Of a stretch of 64,000 bases of DNA, positions 1 to 9,035 are shown in pieces. The notes under the pieces were generated by a model that had not been told where the DNA came from, searched no databases, and saw only the letters and a list, made by a program, of their open reading frames with translations. A program made the position numbers and the translations under genes. Positions within the stretch are counted from its first letter, which is position 1. Each line of letters opens with the position of its first letter. The stretch is from positions 5,921 through 69,920 of the forward strand of contig CADCMR010000009.1 in the NCBI GenBank assembly GCA_902802585.1, written 5' to 3'. Origin of the DNA: an uncultured bacterium (GTDB taxonomy: Bacteria > Verrucomicrobiota > Lentisphaeria > Victivallales > UBA1829).

Positions 1-600
1 TTCATCCGAGATGTCGTTGGTCGTCAGCAGGTCCTTGATCATGTCCTTCGTGCGTTCCTCGACGTAGGCGTTCACCTTCGCGACGAGCGGACCGGGCTTC
101 TTGAAATCCTCCTTGTAGAACGTCCCGTCGTAGTATTTGCCGATCATGGAGAGGAACGAGGGAAGAATAGCCTTTTCATACTTCTGTTCGTACCAGACGG
201 AGTTCGACACCAGCACCTCGACCAGTTTGTTCGCCGCATACTCCTGCGAAACGGCGTGGAAGAACTCGCCGCATTGTTCCGGATCGGCGGGAAGCCCCAG
301 CGTATCGCGGATTTCCTGCGCGGTCTTTTCCTTCGCGCCGCAGTAGACCAGCCCGAACGCGCTGTTGATACTGTACGGGGAGACGAACGCGTTTTCCTTC
401 GTGTCCTCCTCGCTGAGATGCTGGAAGAGGTCGAATCCCTTGCGGTTCATCTTCGCGGCAATGGTTTTCTGTCCGGGATCGTCGGCGGCGCGCAGGGGCA
501 GGGCGGTCAGGGCGGCCGCGGCGGCGCATACGGCTATGCTTAACCTTCCGATCCTGCGGAAAATGGACTTGGGGACGGCATAGAACGATGTCTTTTTCAT
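1..600 (-). CDS. Serpin-family protease inhibitor, N-terminal 200 aa with signal peptide (3' end runs off the window)
   Basis: Open-ended, so absent from the ORF track. Manual reverse-strand translation from ATG at 600 gives MKKTSFYAVPKSIFRRIGRLSIAVCAAAAALTALPLRAADDP...ENAFVSPYSINSAFGLVYCGAKEKTAQEIRDTLG...VNAYVEERTKDMIKDLL. The FxSPxSIxxA...GAxxxTxxEI and VNxxVxxxTxxxIxxLL blocks are serpin hallmarks. No in-frame stop down to nt 1. Confidence 0.75.
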   Translation of the reverse strand, partial: MKKTSFYAVPKSIFRRIGRLSIAVCAAAAALTALPLRAADDPGQKTIAAKMNRKGFDLFQHLSEEDTKENAFVSPYSINSAFGLVYCGAKEKTAQEIRDTLGLPADPEQCGEFFHAVSQEYAANKLVEVLVSNSVWYEQKYEKAILPSFLSMIGKYYDGTFYKEDFKKPGPLVAKVNAYVEERTKDMIKDLLTTNDISDE

Positions 601-707
601 GGCTGGCTCCTTGTGTTGCGGGAACGTTTTTACAAATATTTCTACTGATTAGTCGGAAAAAGACGTGAAATCTTAGCGATATTTCAGATATTTAATAAAA
701 AAATCTG

Positions 708-738
708 AAAAAAGTTTTCCGGGGGCGGTTTTACCCCC
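708..738 (-). terminator. Putative intrinsic terminator after the sugar-kinase operon
   Basis: Minus strand reads GGGGG-taaaaccg-CCCCC, then GGAAAACTTTTTT. It lies about 75 nt downstream of the stop at 814. The stem is short (5 GC pairs). Confidence 0.45.
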
Positions 739-813
739 TGAAAAAGGATGAAAAAGATTCTTTTGCCGGATGCTGTACAGCGGAGCCGGATCATCTGATG
801 AAAAGGCGGCGGA

Positions 814-1893
814 TCAGTCCGCGAGCTTCTCAAGGGAACGGGCGAGGGCGATCTGGGTGCGTGCGCGGTCGAGGTTGTGTCCGGGGCGCGCCGTCTTGAA
901 GTAGCGGTCGCCGTCGAGGTAGTCGGAGAGGAACCGCACGGCGAGCTCGAACGTGATGACTGCTCCGGCGACCGGCATAAGCTCAATCTCCTGCTCAGTG
1001 AGGTAGCCGTCGAATCCATCCAGGAATCCTTCGGCGCAGGCGTCGTACATGTCGCGGCGTGCTTCGAGGTTCTTGAGTTTGCCGGCGTCCTCGCGTGCCG
1101 GATTCGCCGCCACGCGCACGAGGTCGCCGAAATCGTACAGCGCCAGTCCGGGCATCACGGTGTCGAGGTCCACTACGCAGATCGCCTCGCCTGTGGCGGT
1201 GTCGAGCATCACATTGTTGATTTTCGTGTCGTTGTGCGTGATGCGTTCCGGAATCAGTCCGGCGGCGGATGCGTCCGTGATGAGCGGCGCAAGGTGCCGC
1301 ATGGCATTGATCTCGGCGAGTTCCTGCGCGGCGGATGCGGCGCGCCCGAGGCGGTCTTCGGCGGCGATGGCGTCCAGCGCGCGCAGACGCGCCGGGGTGT
1401 CGTGAAACGCCGGAATGGTTTCCTGGAGACGTGGCGGCGGCAAGTCGGAGAGGTCGCGGGCAAACCGTGCGAACGCGAAAGACGCGGTCCTCGCCTGGGC
1501 GGGCTCGCGCACGGCGTCGACCGTGCCCGCGCCTTCAATCATGCGGTAGCAGCGCCAGCACGCGCCGTCCTCGTCGAACCGGCACGGCTTCGCGTCCTTC
1601 GTGGGGACCACGGTCAGCACGCGGCGTCCGGCGTCCGGCAGGATCGCGTATTTCTCCTTCAGATGCCGTGTCACGCGCACGATGTTGTCCATTACCGCGA
1701 GCGGATTCGGGAAGACGTGCGGATTGATGCGCTGGAGGACGAACCGCACGAATGCGTCGGACGCGGGCTTTTCGACCGTCAGCGCGAAGGTGTCGTTGAT
1801 ATGCCCGCTGCCGAACGCCGCGGCGGAGACGGCGCGTCCGCCGAGCTCGAAATGAGCAGCGGATTCCAGTGCGGCGCGGTCGGAAACGGGCAT
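814..1893 (-). CDS. Anomeric sugar kinase of the APH / N-acetylhexosamine 1-kinase (NahK) family
   Basis: 359 aa. Has GSGHINDTF (NahK-type nucleotide loop), HNDTKINNVM (catalytic HxDxxxxN) and VVDLDTV (DxD). GAGGAG lies 9 nt upstream of the ATG. Confidence 0.75.
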   Translation of the reverse strand: MPVSDRAALESAAHFELGGRAVSAAAFGSGHINDTFALTVEKPASDAFVRFVLQRINPHVFPNPLAVMDNIVRVTRHLKEKYAILPDAGRRVLTVVPTKDAKPCRFDEDGACWRCYRMIEGAGTVDAVREPAQARTASFAFARFARDLSDLPPPRLQETIPAFHDTPARLRALDAIAAEDRLGRAASAAQELAEINAMRHLAPLITDASAAGLIPERITHNDTKINNVMLDTATGEAICVVDLDTVMPGLALYDFGDLVRVAANPAREDAGKLKNLEARRDMYDACAEGFLDGFDGYLTEQEIELMPVAGAVITFELAVRFLSDYLDGDRYFKTARPGHNLDRARTQIALARSLEKLAD

Positions 1894-1918
1894 GGGTGTT
1901 AGCTCCTCGTTTTTGAAC

Positions 1919-2827
1919 TCAGGCGAGGAGAGGCGAGGGATACACGCCGGATTCGACCAGCGCGGCGATGCCCGCCTGTACGCGTGGCTTGTCCTCGCGG
2001 TAGGTCACGCCCAGCCAGGAATCCCGGCTTTCGAGGATGCCGACGGAGGCGTGTCCGGCTTCGATCATGGATGCGACGGCGGCGGGGAGATAGAACTCGG
2101 ATTTCAGCTCGTTGCCGTGCTCGCGCAGAAATTCTTCGAAAAGCCCGCGCAATCCGTCGAACAGCGACGGCATGAAGCCCCAGAAATTCATGGAGACGAT
2201 CTCGCCGCCGGTGAACGTGAGCTTCGTGCCGGATTCGTCCACGGCAACCGCTCCGTCGGCTCCGTCCGGTTCGATCTTCGTGCGTTCGGTGACTTTCTTC
2301 AGCGTGCCGTCAGCGTTGGCGGTGCAGACACCGCGTGAGACGGAACCGAACTTGGAGAGGGTGTTGCGGAGCGGATAGCCGACCATGAAATGGCGTCCGG
2401 GATCGCTGTTTTCCGCCAGCGCCTTGCCGAGCTGCACGAATCCGCTGCGACCGTAGAAATCGTCCGCGTTGATGGCGGCGAACGGACCGGCGATCTTGTC
2501 GGCGGCGCAGAGAACGGCGTGGCCGGTGCCCCACGGTTTCTGCCTGCCTTCGGGGACGCCGTGTCCGGCGGGCAGGGCGTTCAGCTCCTGGAACGCGTAT
2601 TCGACGGCGACGCGCTTTTCCCATTTCGCGCCGACCGCCTCGCGGAACGCCTGTTCGATGTCGCGCCGGATTACGAACACGACCTTGTCGAATCCGCCCT
2701 GCATGGCGTCGTGGATGGAATAGTCGAGGATGATTTCGCCGTTCGGTCCGACCGGGTCGATCTGCTTGAGCCCGCCGTAACGGCTGCCCATTCCGGCGGC
2801 GAGCACCATCAATGTCATTTCTTTCAT
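1919..2827 (-). CDS. Sugar-1-phosphate nucleotidyltransferase (NDP-sugar pyrophosphorylase fold)
   Basis: 302 aa. N-terminal MVLAAGMGSRYGGLKQ pyrophosphorylase loop, plus PWGTGHAV and INADDFYG blocks. AGGAGA RBS. Sits 25 nt upstream of the NahK-like gene. Confidence 0.75.
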   Translation of the reverse strand: MKEMTLMVLAAGMGSRYGGLKQIDPVGPNGEIILDYSIHDAMQGGFDKVVFVIRRDIEQAFREAVGAKWEKRVAVEYAFQELNALPAGHGVPEGRQKPWGTGHAVLCAADKIAGPFAAINADDFYGRSGFVQLGKALAENSDPGRHFMVGYPLRNTLSKFGSVSRGVCTANADGTLKKVTERTKIEPDGADGAVAVDESGTKLTFTGGEIVSMNFWGFMPSLFDGLRGLFEEFLREHGNELKSEFYLPAAVASMIEAGHASVGILESRDSWLGVTYREDKPRVQAGIAALVESGVYPSPLLA

Positions 2828-2867
2828 ATGTTGTTCTCCTGCGTATGTGAGGTTGAGTATTTCAGTT

Positions 2868-4283
2868 TCAGGTTCGGATTTCCGGGAGCGTGGCGGCGGC
2901 GACCGCCTGTCCGTGCCGCCGCATGGAGTCGTCCGGCACTGCCACGGTCGTTTTGATCTCGGGGAAGACCTTGGCGAGAATGCGGTTCGCCTCGTCGCGG
3001 ATGATGTCGCCGCCGACGCCGCTGGTCACGCGCCCCATGATGACGGCGGTTTCGATGACGGGGTAGAAATCGCAGAAGTTCGCGACTGTGTACCCGAATG
3101 CCGTTCCGATGCTGCGGAAGACGTTCAGCGCACGTTCATCACCTTGTTCCGCGAGCGCCTGGATTTCCAGCAGGACCTGAGGAATCGGCATGTCCGCGGG
3201 GAATTCGATCCCCGCGATTTTAGCCAGGCGCGCCGCACCCTGCTGGGAGAAATAGTTCACGCCGCATCCATAGTCGCCGCTCCACTCGTCGCGCGGCGCC
3301 GTTTCGGAATGGTCCACCGGTACGAACGCAAGCTCGTTGAGGCGGCCCGTGATGCACCCCGCGCCGTTCACGTACCCGCCCGCCATGCTGCTGCCGAACG
3401 ACACTCCGAGGATGCCGTTGCGTCCGAGCTGGACCGAGGCGGCGAGCGCGGCGGCTTCCCCGTCGTTCACGACCGCGAACGGCACGCCATGCCAGTCTTC
3501 GCGGATGAATTCGAAAATTGGCGCGGCTTCCTGTTCGAAGCGTTCCGGCGGGACGCTGCGGAAGAGCGACGCCATCCGCACGCGGCTGTTGATGTACACG
3601 CCCGCGGCACTTCCGCCGATGGCGTCGACGCGCGGCAGATGGGCGGCGGCACGCCGGATGGAGTCGTTGATGCCTTCGCGGTGCCAGGCGGGATCGGCCT
3701 GTTTCGAGGGATCCCACACGACTTCCTCGGAGAAAACGACCTTGCCGTCCTGCACGGCGGCACATTTGCGGTCGCTCGCGCCGAGGTCGAATCCGATTCT
3801 ACAGCCTTCGAAATGTCGTCCGAGACCGTTCTGCGGTTCGTTTGCCGCCGGGGCGTCCTCGTATGGGACGGCCTCCACCGCGAGCGGCGTCTCGTAGATC
3901 TTCGTCATGGCGGCATAATCGAACGCGCGTTCGCCGTCCGGGGCATAGATCTTCGCGAGCGCCGCCGCCAGTTCATTCGAACCTGCGACGACGATCCGGC
4001 TTCCCCCGGCGATCCAAAGCAGGCTTTTCACGAGGCGTTCCGCATGGTGCAAATTCATTTTAAATTCATAATCGGACGGATTCCTGAACACGATGGTTTC
4101 GAACGTTACGACCTGCCCGGACGGCGTCGCGACCGAGAGCTTCAGCGGATTGCTTCCTCCTATGACATGAAGCACGGAGGGCAGGAAACGGTGTTCCAGC
4201 ACCGCCGGACAGAATCCGGGTTCGAGACACGGGAGCGGATATCTGTCGTATTTTTCGTTTTCATGCGATTCCACGTTTGTCAT
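2868..4283 (-). CDS. ROK-family sugar kinase with about 150-aa N-terminal extension of unknown function
   Basis: ROK core runs IGFDLGASDRK...VVNDGEAAAL...GVSFGSSMAGGYV. I chose the ATG at 4283 (MTNVESHE..., AAAGAGG RBS) over the track's GTG at 4373, which lies upstream of the predicted promoter's -10. Confidence 0.7.
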   Translation of the reverse strand: MTNVESHENEKYDRYPLPCLEPGFCPAVLEHRFLPSVLHVIGGSNPLKLSVATPSGQVVTFETIVFRNPSDYEFKMNLHHAERLVKSLLWIAGGSRIVVAGSNELAAALAKIYAPDGERAFDYAAMTKIYETPLAVEAVPYEDAPAANEPQNGLGRHFEGCRIGFDLGASDRKCAAVQDGKVVFSEEVVWDPSKQADPAWHREGINDSIRRAAAHLPRVDAIGGSAAGVYINSRVRMASLFRSVPPERFEQEAAPIFEFIREDWHGVPFAVVNDGEAAALAASVQLGRNGILGVSFGSSMAGGYVNGAGCITGRLNELAFVPVDHSETAPRDEWSGDYGCGVNYFSQQGAARLAKIAGIEFPADMPIPQVLLEIQALAEQGDERALNVFRSIGTAFGYTVANFCDFYPVIETAVIMGRVTSGVGGDIIRDEANRILAKVFPEIKTTVAVPDDSMRRHGQAVAAATLPEIRT

Positions 4284-4364
4284 GGTGACCTCTTTCTGCA
4301 AAAATATGCGGACATCGGCTTGAAGGGAAACCGCTCCGCGTTCAAAACATAATGAATGAAAAAT

Positions 4365-4393
4365 ACAATACACGCGCGCCCTGGTTTTTTCAA
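4365..4393 (-). promoter_or_regulatory. Putative sigma-70 promoter of the ROK / NTase / kinase operon
   Basis: Minus strand TTGAAA-17 nt-TATTGT, back to back with the divergent promoter at 4402. Confidence 0.45.
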
Positions 4394-4401
4394 GCTTCGT
4401 T

Positions 4402-4430
4402 TTGAATTTCTCCGGGTGGGATGTTATATT
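4402..4430 (+). promoter_or_regulatory. Putative sigma-70 promoter of the ThuA-like / DUF362 pair
   Basis: TTGAAT-17 nt-TATATT, about 55 nt upstream of the ATG at 4487 (AAGGAGG RBS). Confidence 0.5.
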
Positions 4431-4486
4431 ATTGAAACGTATCGATCCTGAAACCCCGTCATCCGCACCAATCCAAGGAGGCTCCC

Positions 4487-5149
4487 ATGAACTACTTTTT
4501 CGCCGACGACCATTACGGCGTGAACCCCGGCAGGCACATTTTCGAACTTCTGCCGGAGGATTTCCGAAGGGAAACGGTTTTCACGGAAAACGAATGGTCC
4601 GTGCTCGAATCCGGTGAATGGGAGAAGGACTGCGATCTGCTCGTCCTCCACATGATCGCGGGCACCTGCGGCCAGCCGATGCCGGGATTCGGCGCGGAAA
4701 AAGCTGTCCGCGCCTACTGTGAACGCGGCGGCGACCTGCTGCTGCTTCACGGTTCCAGCGCGGCATTCTGGGGCTGGGGCTGGTGGCGCGGCATGGTCGG
4801 ACTCCGCTGGGTGCGTCCCGAGGACCCGGACGGCGTCGCGCCCTCCACGCATCCGGTCGTCCCCTGTTCGGTCGAGGTCGCCAAGGTGCGCCATCCGCTT
4901 GCCTCTCGCCTCCGCCGCGTCGAACTCCCGACCGACGAGGTGTACATTGACCTCGAACAGGTCTCCCCGGTCACGGTCCTGATGGAAACGACCGTAAACG
5001 GACACACGTATCCTCAGGCGTATCTGGCATCCACCCCGTGGGGAGGGCGCATCGCCGCGTTCATCCCCGGTCACAAGCCGGAATGCACGGAGAATCCCGA
5101 CCTCATCGCCGATGTCATGGAGCTGATTCAATGGCTGAAACGCAAGTGA
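4487..5149 (+). CDS. ThuA-like (GATase1-fold) domain protein
   Basis: 220 aa. Layout DLLVLHMIAG...GGDLLLLHGSSAAF...THPVVP...VRHPL resembles ThuA-like domain proteins. Assigned by pattern only. Confidence 0.55.
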   Translation: MNYFFADDHYGVNPGRHIFELLPEDFRRETVFTENEWSVLESGEWEKDCDLLVLHMIAGTCGQPMPGFGAEKAVRAYCERGGDLLLLHGSSAAFWGWGWWRGMVGLRWVRPEDPDGVAPSTHPVVPCSVEVAKVRHPLASRLRRVELPTDEVYIDLEQVSPVTVLMETTVNGHTYPQAYLASTPWGGRIAAFIPGHKPECTENPDLIADVMELIQWLKRK

Positions 5150-6345
5150 CGTCCGAACAGCGCAAAAAGATCAGGCTGGCGTTCGCGCCATGCGCCGATT
5201 ACACGACGCAGGCGTTGCGTCCGGCGCTGGAGCACATCCTGCAACCTCAGATCGAGGCGGCGGGCGGCGTCTCCGGCAAATCCGTGATGCTGAAACCCAA
5301 TCTGCTGGCATGGCGCAGAGCCGACGATCCGCAGTCCGTGAACCCGCGGTTCATTGTCGAGACGGCGAAAGTCTTCCTGGACGCCGGGGCGTCGCGCGTC
5401 GCCATCCTGGAGAATCCCGCCGTACAGACCGCGCCGCAGGTGCTCCGCGCCATGGGAATCGCGGATGAACTGAAAACGCTCGGCGTCGCGTCCGCCAATT
5501 TTAAGAACTACGTCAAACAGCCGCCGCTCGACGCCGTCTTCTTCCATAACCTTGAAATCGCCGATGAGTTCCGTGAATACGATTTTGTCGCCGACCTCGC
5601 AAAAGCCAAGACGCACGGTATGATGACCCTGACCTTCTGCGTCAAGAACCTCTTCGGGCTCGTCAACGGCGGCGACCGCCTGGCGTGGCATCTCGCCGTT
5701 GGCCGCGACTACGATAAATTCGCCGACATGCTCCTTGATCTCTATCTCGTCGTCCGTCCGGCGTTCAACCTGCTCGACGCCGTCACCTGCATGGAGGGCA
5801 ACGGACCCGGCGCGGGGACTCCGGCGGACCGGCATTTCGTCGCGGGCGGCACGGACGCGCTGGCGCTCGACGCCGTCGCGGCACGGGTCCTCGGCGTCGA
5901 TCCCGACACGTTGCACATCATCAAACGCGCGAAGGCACGCGACCTCTTCCCCGCGCCGGAAACGGTCGACAATCCCGACCCGCTGCCCGTTTGCGAGCCG
6001 CTGGCGCTCCCGGATCGTCCCGTCATGGACATGGCGCAGTTGCATCTTGGCGTCGGCATTCCGAAATGGATGCAGAAGCCGCTTTACAAGCTGATGGTCG
6101 TGAATCCGGTGCTCGACCCGGCGAAATGTGTCGGGTGCGGCGTCTGCGTGAAGATGTGCCCGCCGAAATCCCTGAAGCTTTCCGGCGGCAAACCCGCCTT
6201 CGACCTGCCGCACTGCATCCGGTGTTTCTGCTGCCAGGAACATTGCCCGAAGGGCGCGATCGAGCCGCGGATGACGCGGATGATGCGGTTCGTGAAAGCG
6301 GTCGACCGGCTGTTCCGCGGGGGCGGCGCGGTGGAAAGCAAATAA
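5131..6345 (+). CDS. DUF362 domain protein with C-terminal 2x[4Fe-4S] ferredoxin module
   Basis: Start taken at ATG 5131 (MAETQV...), overlapping the ThuA-like stop by 19 nt. DUF362 blocks are MLKPNLL and AKTHGMMTLTFCVKNLFG. Cys motifs are CVGCGVCVKMCP and CIRCFCCQEHCP. Confidence 0.8.
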   Translation: MAETQVTSEQRKKIRLAFAPCADYTTQALRPALEHILQPQIEAAGGVSGKSVMLKPNLLAWRRADDPQSVNPRFIVETAKVFLDAGASRVAILENPAVQTAPQVLRAMGIADELKTLGVASANFKNYVKQPPLDAVFFHNLEIADEFREYDFVADLAKAKTHGMMTLTFCVKNLFGLVNGGDRLAWHLAVGRDYDKFADMLLDLYLVVRPAFNLLDAVTCMEGNGPGAGTPADRHFVAGGTDALALDAVAARVLGVDPDTLHIIKRAKARDLFPAPETVDNPDPLPVCEPLALPDRPVMDMAQLHLGVGIPKWMQKPLYKLMVVNPVLDPAKCVGCGVCVKMCPPKSLKLSGGKPAFDLPHCIRCFCCQEHCPKGAIEPRMTRMMRFVKAVDRLFRGGGAVESK

Positions 6346-6428
6346 ACAATGAATCCGACAATTCTCATTTTTTCCCATCCTGGACTGAAAAAAATCGAAA
6401 AAAAAGTGCGTTTTTTTGGAAAACGGAC

Positions 6429-6457
6429 TGGAAAATCATGGAATGAGAATGTATAGT
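6429..6457 (+). promoter_or_regulatory. Putative promoter of the rplV-secY operon
   Basis: TGGAAA-17 nt-TATAGT in an AT-rich island, about 235 nt upstream of the rplV ATG. Preceded by an A8/T7 tract palindrome at 6396-6419. Confidence 0.45.
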
Positions 6458-6694
6458 ATTAACTCTGTTTGCCGCGAAAAAAGCGGCGGCAGCCCAATTT
6501 GCTGTTCTAAGCTATCTTTGCCCGGGGACACTCAGCCCGGCTGAAAATGCCCGGTATCAGACGCGGCGGACGGCAGCTCCATTGGAAACCCGTTCCGGGT
6601 CCTGCGGTGCATTGCGCCTCGGGACCGGGATGCTCAAATACATACAGTTCGCACTATCTTCAACCCAAAACCATAACAACAAAGCGAGAACAAC

Positions 6695-7024
6695 ATGGAA
6701 GTTCGGGCAGTAACAAGGTATGTCCGCATTGCTCCGTCCAAGGGTATGGATTTCTCCCGGGTCATCCAGGGAAAGCCCTACGCCGAGGCGCTTGCGATCG
6801 CGGAAATTTCCCCGAGAAAAGCCGCCAAGCTGTTCGCCAAGACGCTCAAATGCGCCAGGGCGGCCGCAGCCGAGAGCGGAATGAACGAAGCGTCCCTGAT
6901 GGTCAAAACCGCAGTCGCGGACCCCGGTCCGATGCTGAAGCGGTTCCGTCCGAAGGCGCGCGGCATGGCGGGCAGAATCCGCAAACGCATGAGCCACTTC
7001 ACGGTGGTTCTTACCGACGACTGA
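6695..7024 (+). CDS. rplV: 50S ribosomal protein L22
   Basis: 109 aa: MEVRAVTRYVRIAPSKGMDFSRVIQGKPYAEAL...RFRPKARGMAGRIRKRMSHFTVVL. First gene of the conserved L22-S3-L16-L29-S17 order. Confidence 0.95.
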   Translation: MEVRAVTRYVRIAPSKGMDFSRVIQGKPYAEALAIAEISPRKAAKLFAKTLKCARAAAAESGMNEASLMVKTAVADPGPMLKRFRPKARGMAGRIRKRMSHFTVVLTDD

Positions 7025-7042
7025 GATTGAAAGGAAATCACA

Positions 7043-7744
7043 GTGGGACAAAAAATTAATCCGATCGGGCTCAGACTTGCCCTGAACAAGAACTGGTGCT
7101 CCCGTTGGTTCGCCCGCAAGGACAACTTCGGGACGTGGCTTCACGAAGACCGCAAGGTCCGCACCTACATCAAGAAGAACTACAATCAGGCTGCGATCTC
7201 CAATATCCTGATCGAACGCTATTTCAACCGCGTTCGCACCACGATCTTCGCCGCTCGTCCGGGCGTGCTCCTGGGCAAGAAGGGCGGGAAGGACGCCGAG
7301 ATCGACAGACTGCGCGACGAAGTGGGCAAGCTGCTCGACAAGGGGCAGGAGCTCATCGTCGATGTCATCGAGGTCAAGCAGCCCGAGACCAACGCCCAGC
7401 TGGTCGCCGAAAACGTGGCGGCCCAGCTCGAACGCCGTATCGGTTTCCGCCGTGCCATGAAGAAGGCCATCCAGACCGCCATGGAACTCGGCGCCGAAGG
7501 CGTCAAAATCCAGTGCTCCGGCCGCCTCGGCGCCGCGGAACTGGCTCGCACCGAAACCTACAAGGAAGGGCGCACGCCGCTTCAGACCCTGAAGGCTTTC
7601 ATTGATTACGGATTCACCGAGGCCAACACGACCGCAGGCAAAATCGGCGTGAAGGTCTGGATCTGCCACAAGGAACTCACGGAGGAAATGCAAAATGCCG
7701 TTAATGCCAAAAAGAGTAAAGCACAGAAAGGTGCAGCGCGGTAA
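7043..7744 (+). CDS. rpsC: 30S ribosomal protein S3
   Basis: 233 aa, GTG start: [18 protein letters not shown]..., with KH domain and [13 protein letters not shown] block. Confidence 0.97.
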   Translation: MGQKINPIGLRLALNKNWCSRWFARKDNFGTWLHEDRKVRTYIKKNYNQAAISNILIERYFNRVRTTIFAARPGVLLGKKGGKDAEIDRLRDEVGKLLDKGQELIVDVIEVKQPETNAQLVAENVAAQLERRIGFRRAMKKAIQTAMELGAEGVKIQCSGRLGAAELARTETYKEGRTPLQTLKAFIDYGFTEANTTAGKIGVKVWICHKELTEEMQNAVNAKKSKAQKGAAR

Positions 7745-8114
7745 CAACGCCGGGCTGTCCCAACGCTGCAACAAACTGGATTTCGGCGATTTCGGATTGC
7801 AGACGTTTGAGCGCGGCTTCCTGACCGCCGCCCAGATCGAAGCCGCCCGTGTCGCGATCACCCGCCACATGAAACGCCGCGGCCAGGTGTGGATCCGCCT
7901 GTTCCCGTACAAGCCCTGCACGAAGAAGCCCCTGGAAGTCCGTATGGGCAAGGGCAAAGGCAACGTCGAATACTGGGTCGCCCCGGTTCAGCCCGGTCGC
8001 ATGCTTTTCGAGGTCTCCGGCTGCTCCGAGACCCTCGCGAAGGAGGCCATGAGCCTCGCCGCTTCCAAGCTCCCGATCCGCTGCCGCTTCGTCTCCCGGA
8101 TCCCGGCCGTCTAA
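7695..8114 (+). CDS. rplP: 50S ribosomal protein L16
   Basis: 139 aa: [17 protein letters not shown]... GGAGGA lies 8 nt upstream. The start lies 50 nt inside the 3' end of rpsC. Confidence 0.95.
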   Translation: MPLMPKRVKHRKVQRGNNAGLSQRCNKLDFGDFGLQTFERGFLTAAQIEAARVAITRHMKRRGQVWIRLFPYKPCTKKPLEVRMGKGKGNVEYWVAPVQPGRMLFEVSGCSETLAKEAMSLAASKLPIRCRFVSRIPAV

Positions 8115-8132
8115 TGTGAGGAAGGACCTGTC

Positions 8133-8354
8133 ATGAAAAATAAAAAATCCGTCAACAAGGCCATGCAGCAGATCCGCGAACTTTCCCAGGACGAACTCGT
8201 CGCACGCGACGGCGAACTCCGCAAGGAAAAGTTCCTCCTCCGCGCCCAGGCCAAATCCGGCCAGCTCGAAAACCCGGCCAAAATCCGCACCGCCCGCCGC
8301 AACCTCGCCCGGGTGAAGACCGAACTCAACAAACGCGCTTCGGCCGGCAAATAA
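8133..8354 (+). CDS. rpmC: 50S ribosomal protein L29
   Basis: 73 aa. Has the IRELSQDELVARDGELRKEKFLLR pattern and sits between L16 and S17. Confidence 0.9.
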   Translation: MKNKKSVNKAMQQIRELSQDELVARDGELRKEKFLLRAQAKSGQLENPAKIRTARRNLARVKTELNKRASAGK

Positions 8355-8366
8355 GGAATACCTGAA

Positions 8367-8654
8367 ATGGACGAAACCATTAAGACTGATACCGCCGCCG
8401 TCGTGCGCGGTCACCGGAAAACGCGCGTCGGAAACGTCATCAGCGACGCCCAGAACAAGACGATCGTTGTTGAGATCGTGACGCGTTCCGCGCATCCCCG
8501 GTACAAGAAGGTCGTCAAGAGCCACGTCCGTTATGCGGCTCACGACGAGAACAACGAGGCGAAGGTCGGCGACCAGGTCATGATCGCGGAGACCCGCCCC
8601 CTGAGCAAGACCAAGCACTGGCGCCTGGTCAAAATCATCAGCCGCAGCGAATAA
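8367..8654 (+). CDS. rpsQ: 30S ribosomal protein S17
   Basis: 95 aa: RKTRVGNVISDAQNKTIVVEIVTRSAHPRYKKVV...ETRPLSKTKHWRL. Confidence 0.93.
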   Translation: MDETIKTDTAAVVRGHRKTRVGNVISDAQNKTIVVEIVTRSAHPRYKKVVKSHVRYAAHDENNEAKVGDQVMIAETRPLSKTKHWRLVKIISRSE

Positions 8655-8669
8655 GAGGAGACTTGAACC

Positions 8670-9035
8670 ATGGTTCAGATGCAATCCAGTTTTGAAGTCG
8701 CCGACAATTCCGGCGCCAAGCGCATCGTGCTCATCACCGTCCTCGGCCAGCGCAAGACCATCGCCTCCATCGGCGACATCTTCACCGCCACGGTCAAGGA
8801 AGCCATCCCCGGCGGCACCGTGAAGAAAGGCGACGTCGTCAAGGCCGTCGTCGTCCGCACCGCCGCACGCATCCGCCGTTCCGACGGTTCCTATCTGCGC
8901 TTCGACAAGAACGCCGCCGTGATCATCGACGACCAGAAGAATCCGAAAGGCACCCGCATTTTCGGACCGGTCGCCCGTGAGCTTCGCGACAAGAACTTCA
9001 TGAAAATCATTTCCCTGGCGCCGGAGGTCCTCTGA
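8670..9035 (+). CDS. rplN: 50S ribosomal protein L14
   Basis: 121 aa: [19 protein letters not shown]...[13 protein letters not shown]. Confidence 0.97.
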   Translation: MVQMQSSFEVADNSGAKRIVLITVLGQRKTIASIGDIFTATVKEAIPGGTVKKGDVVKAVVVRTAARIRRSDGSYLRFDKNAAVIIDDQKNPKGTRIFGPVARELRDKNFMKIISLAPEVL

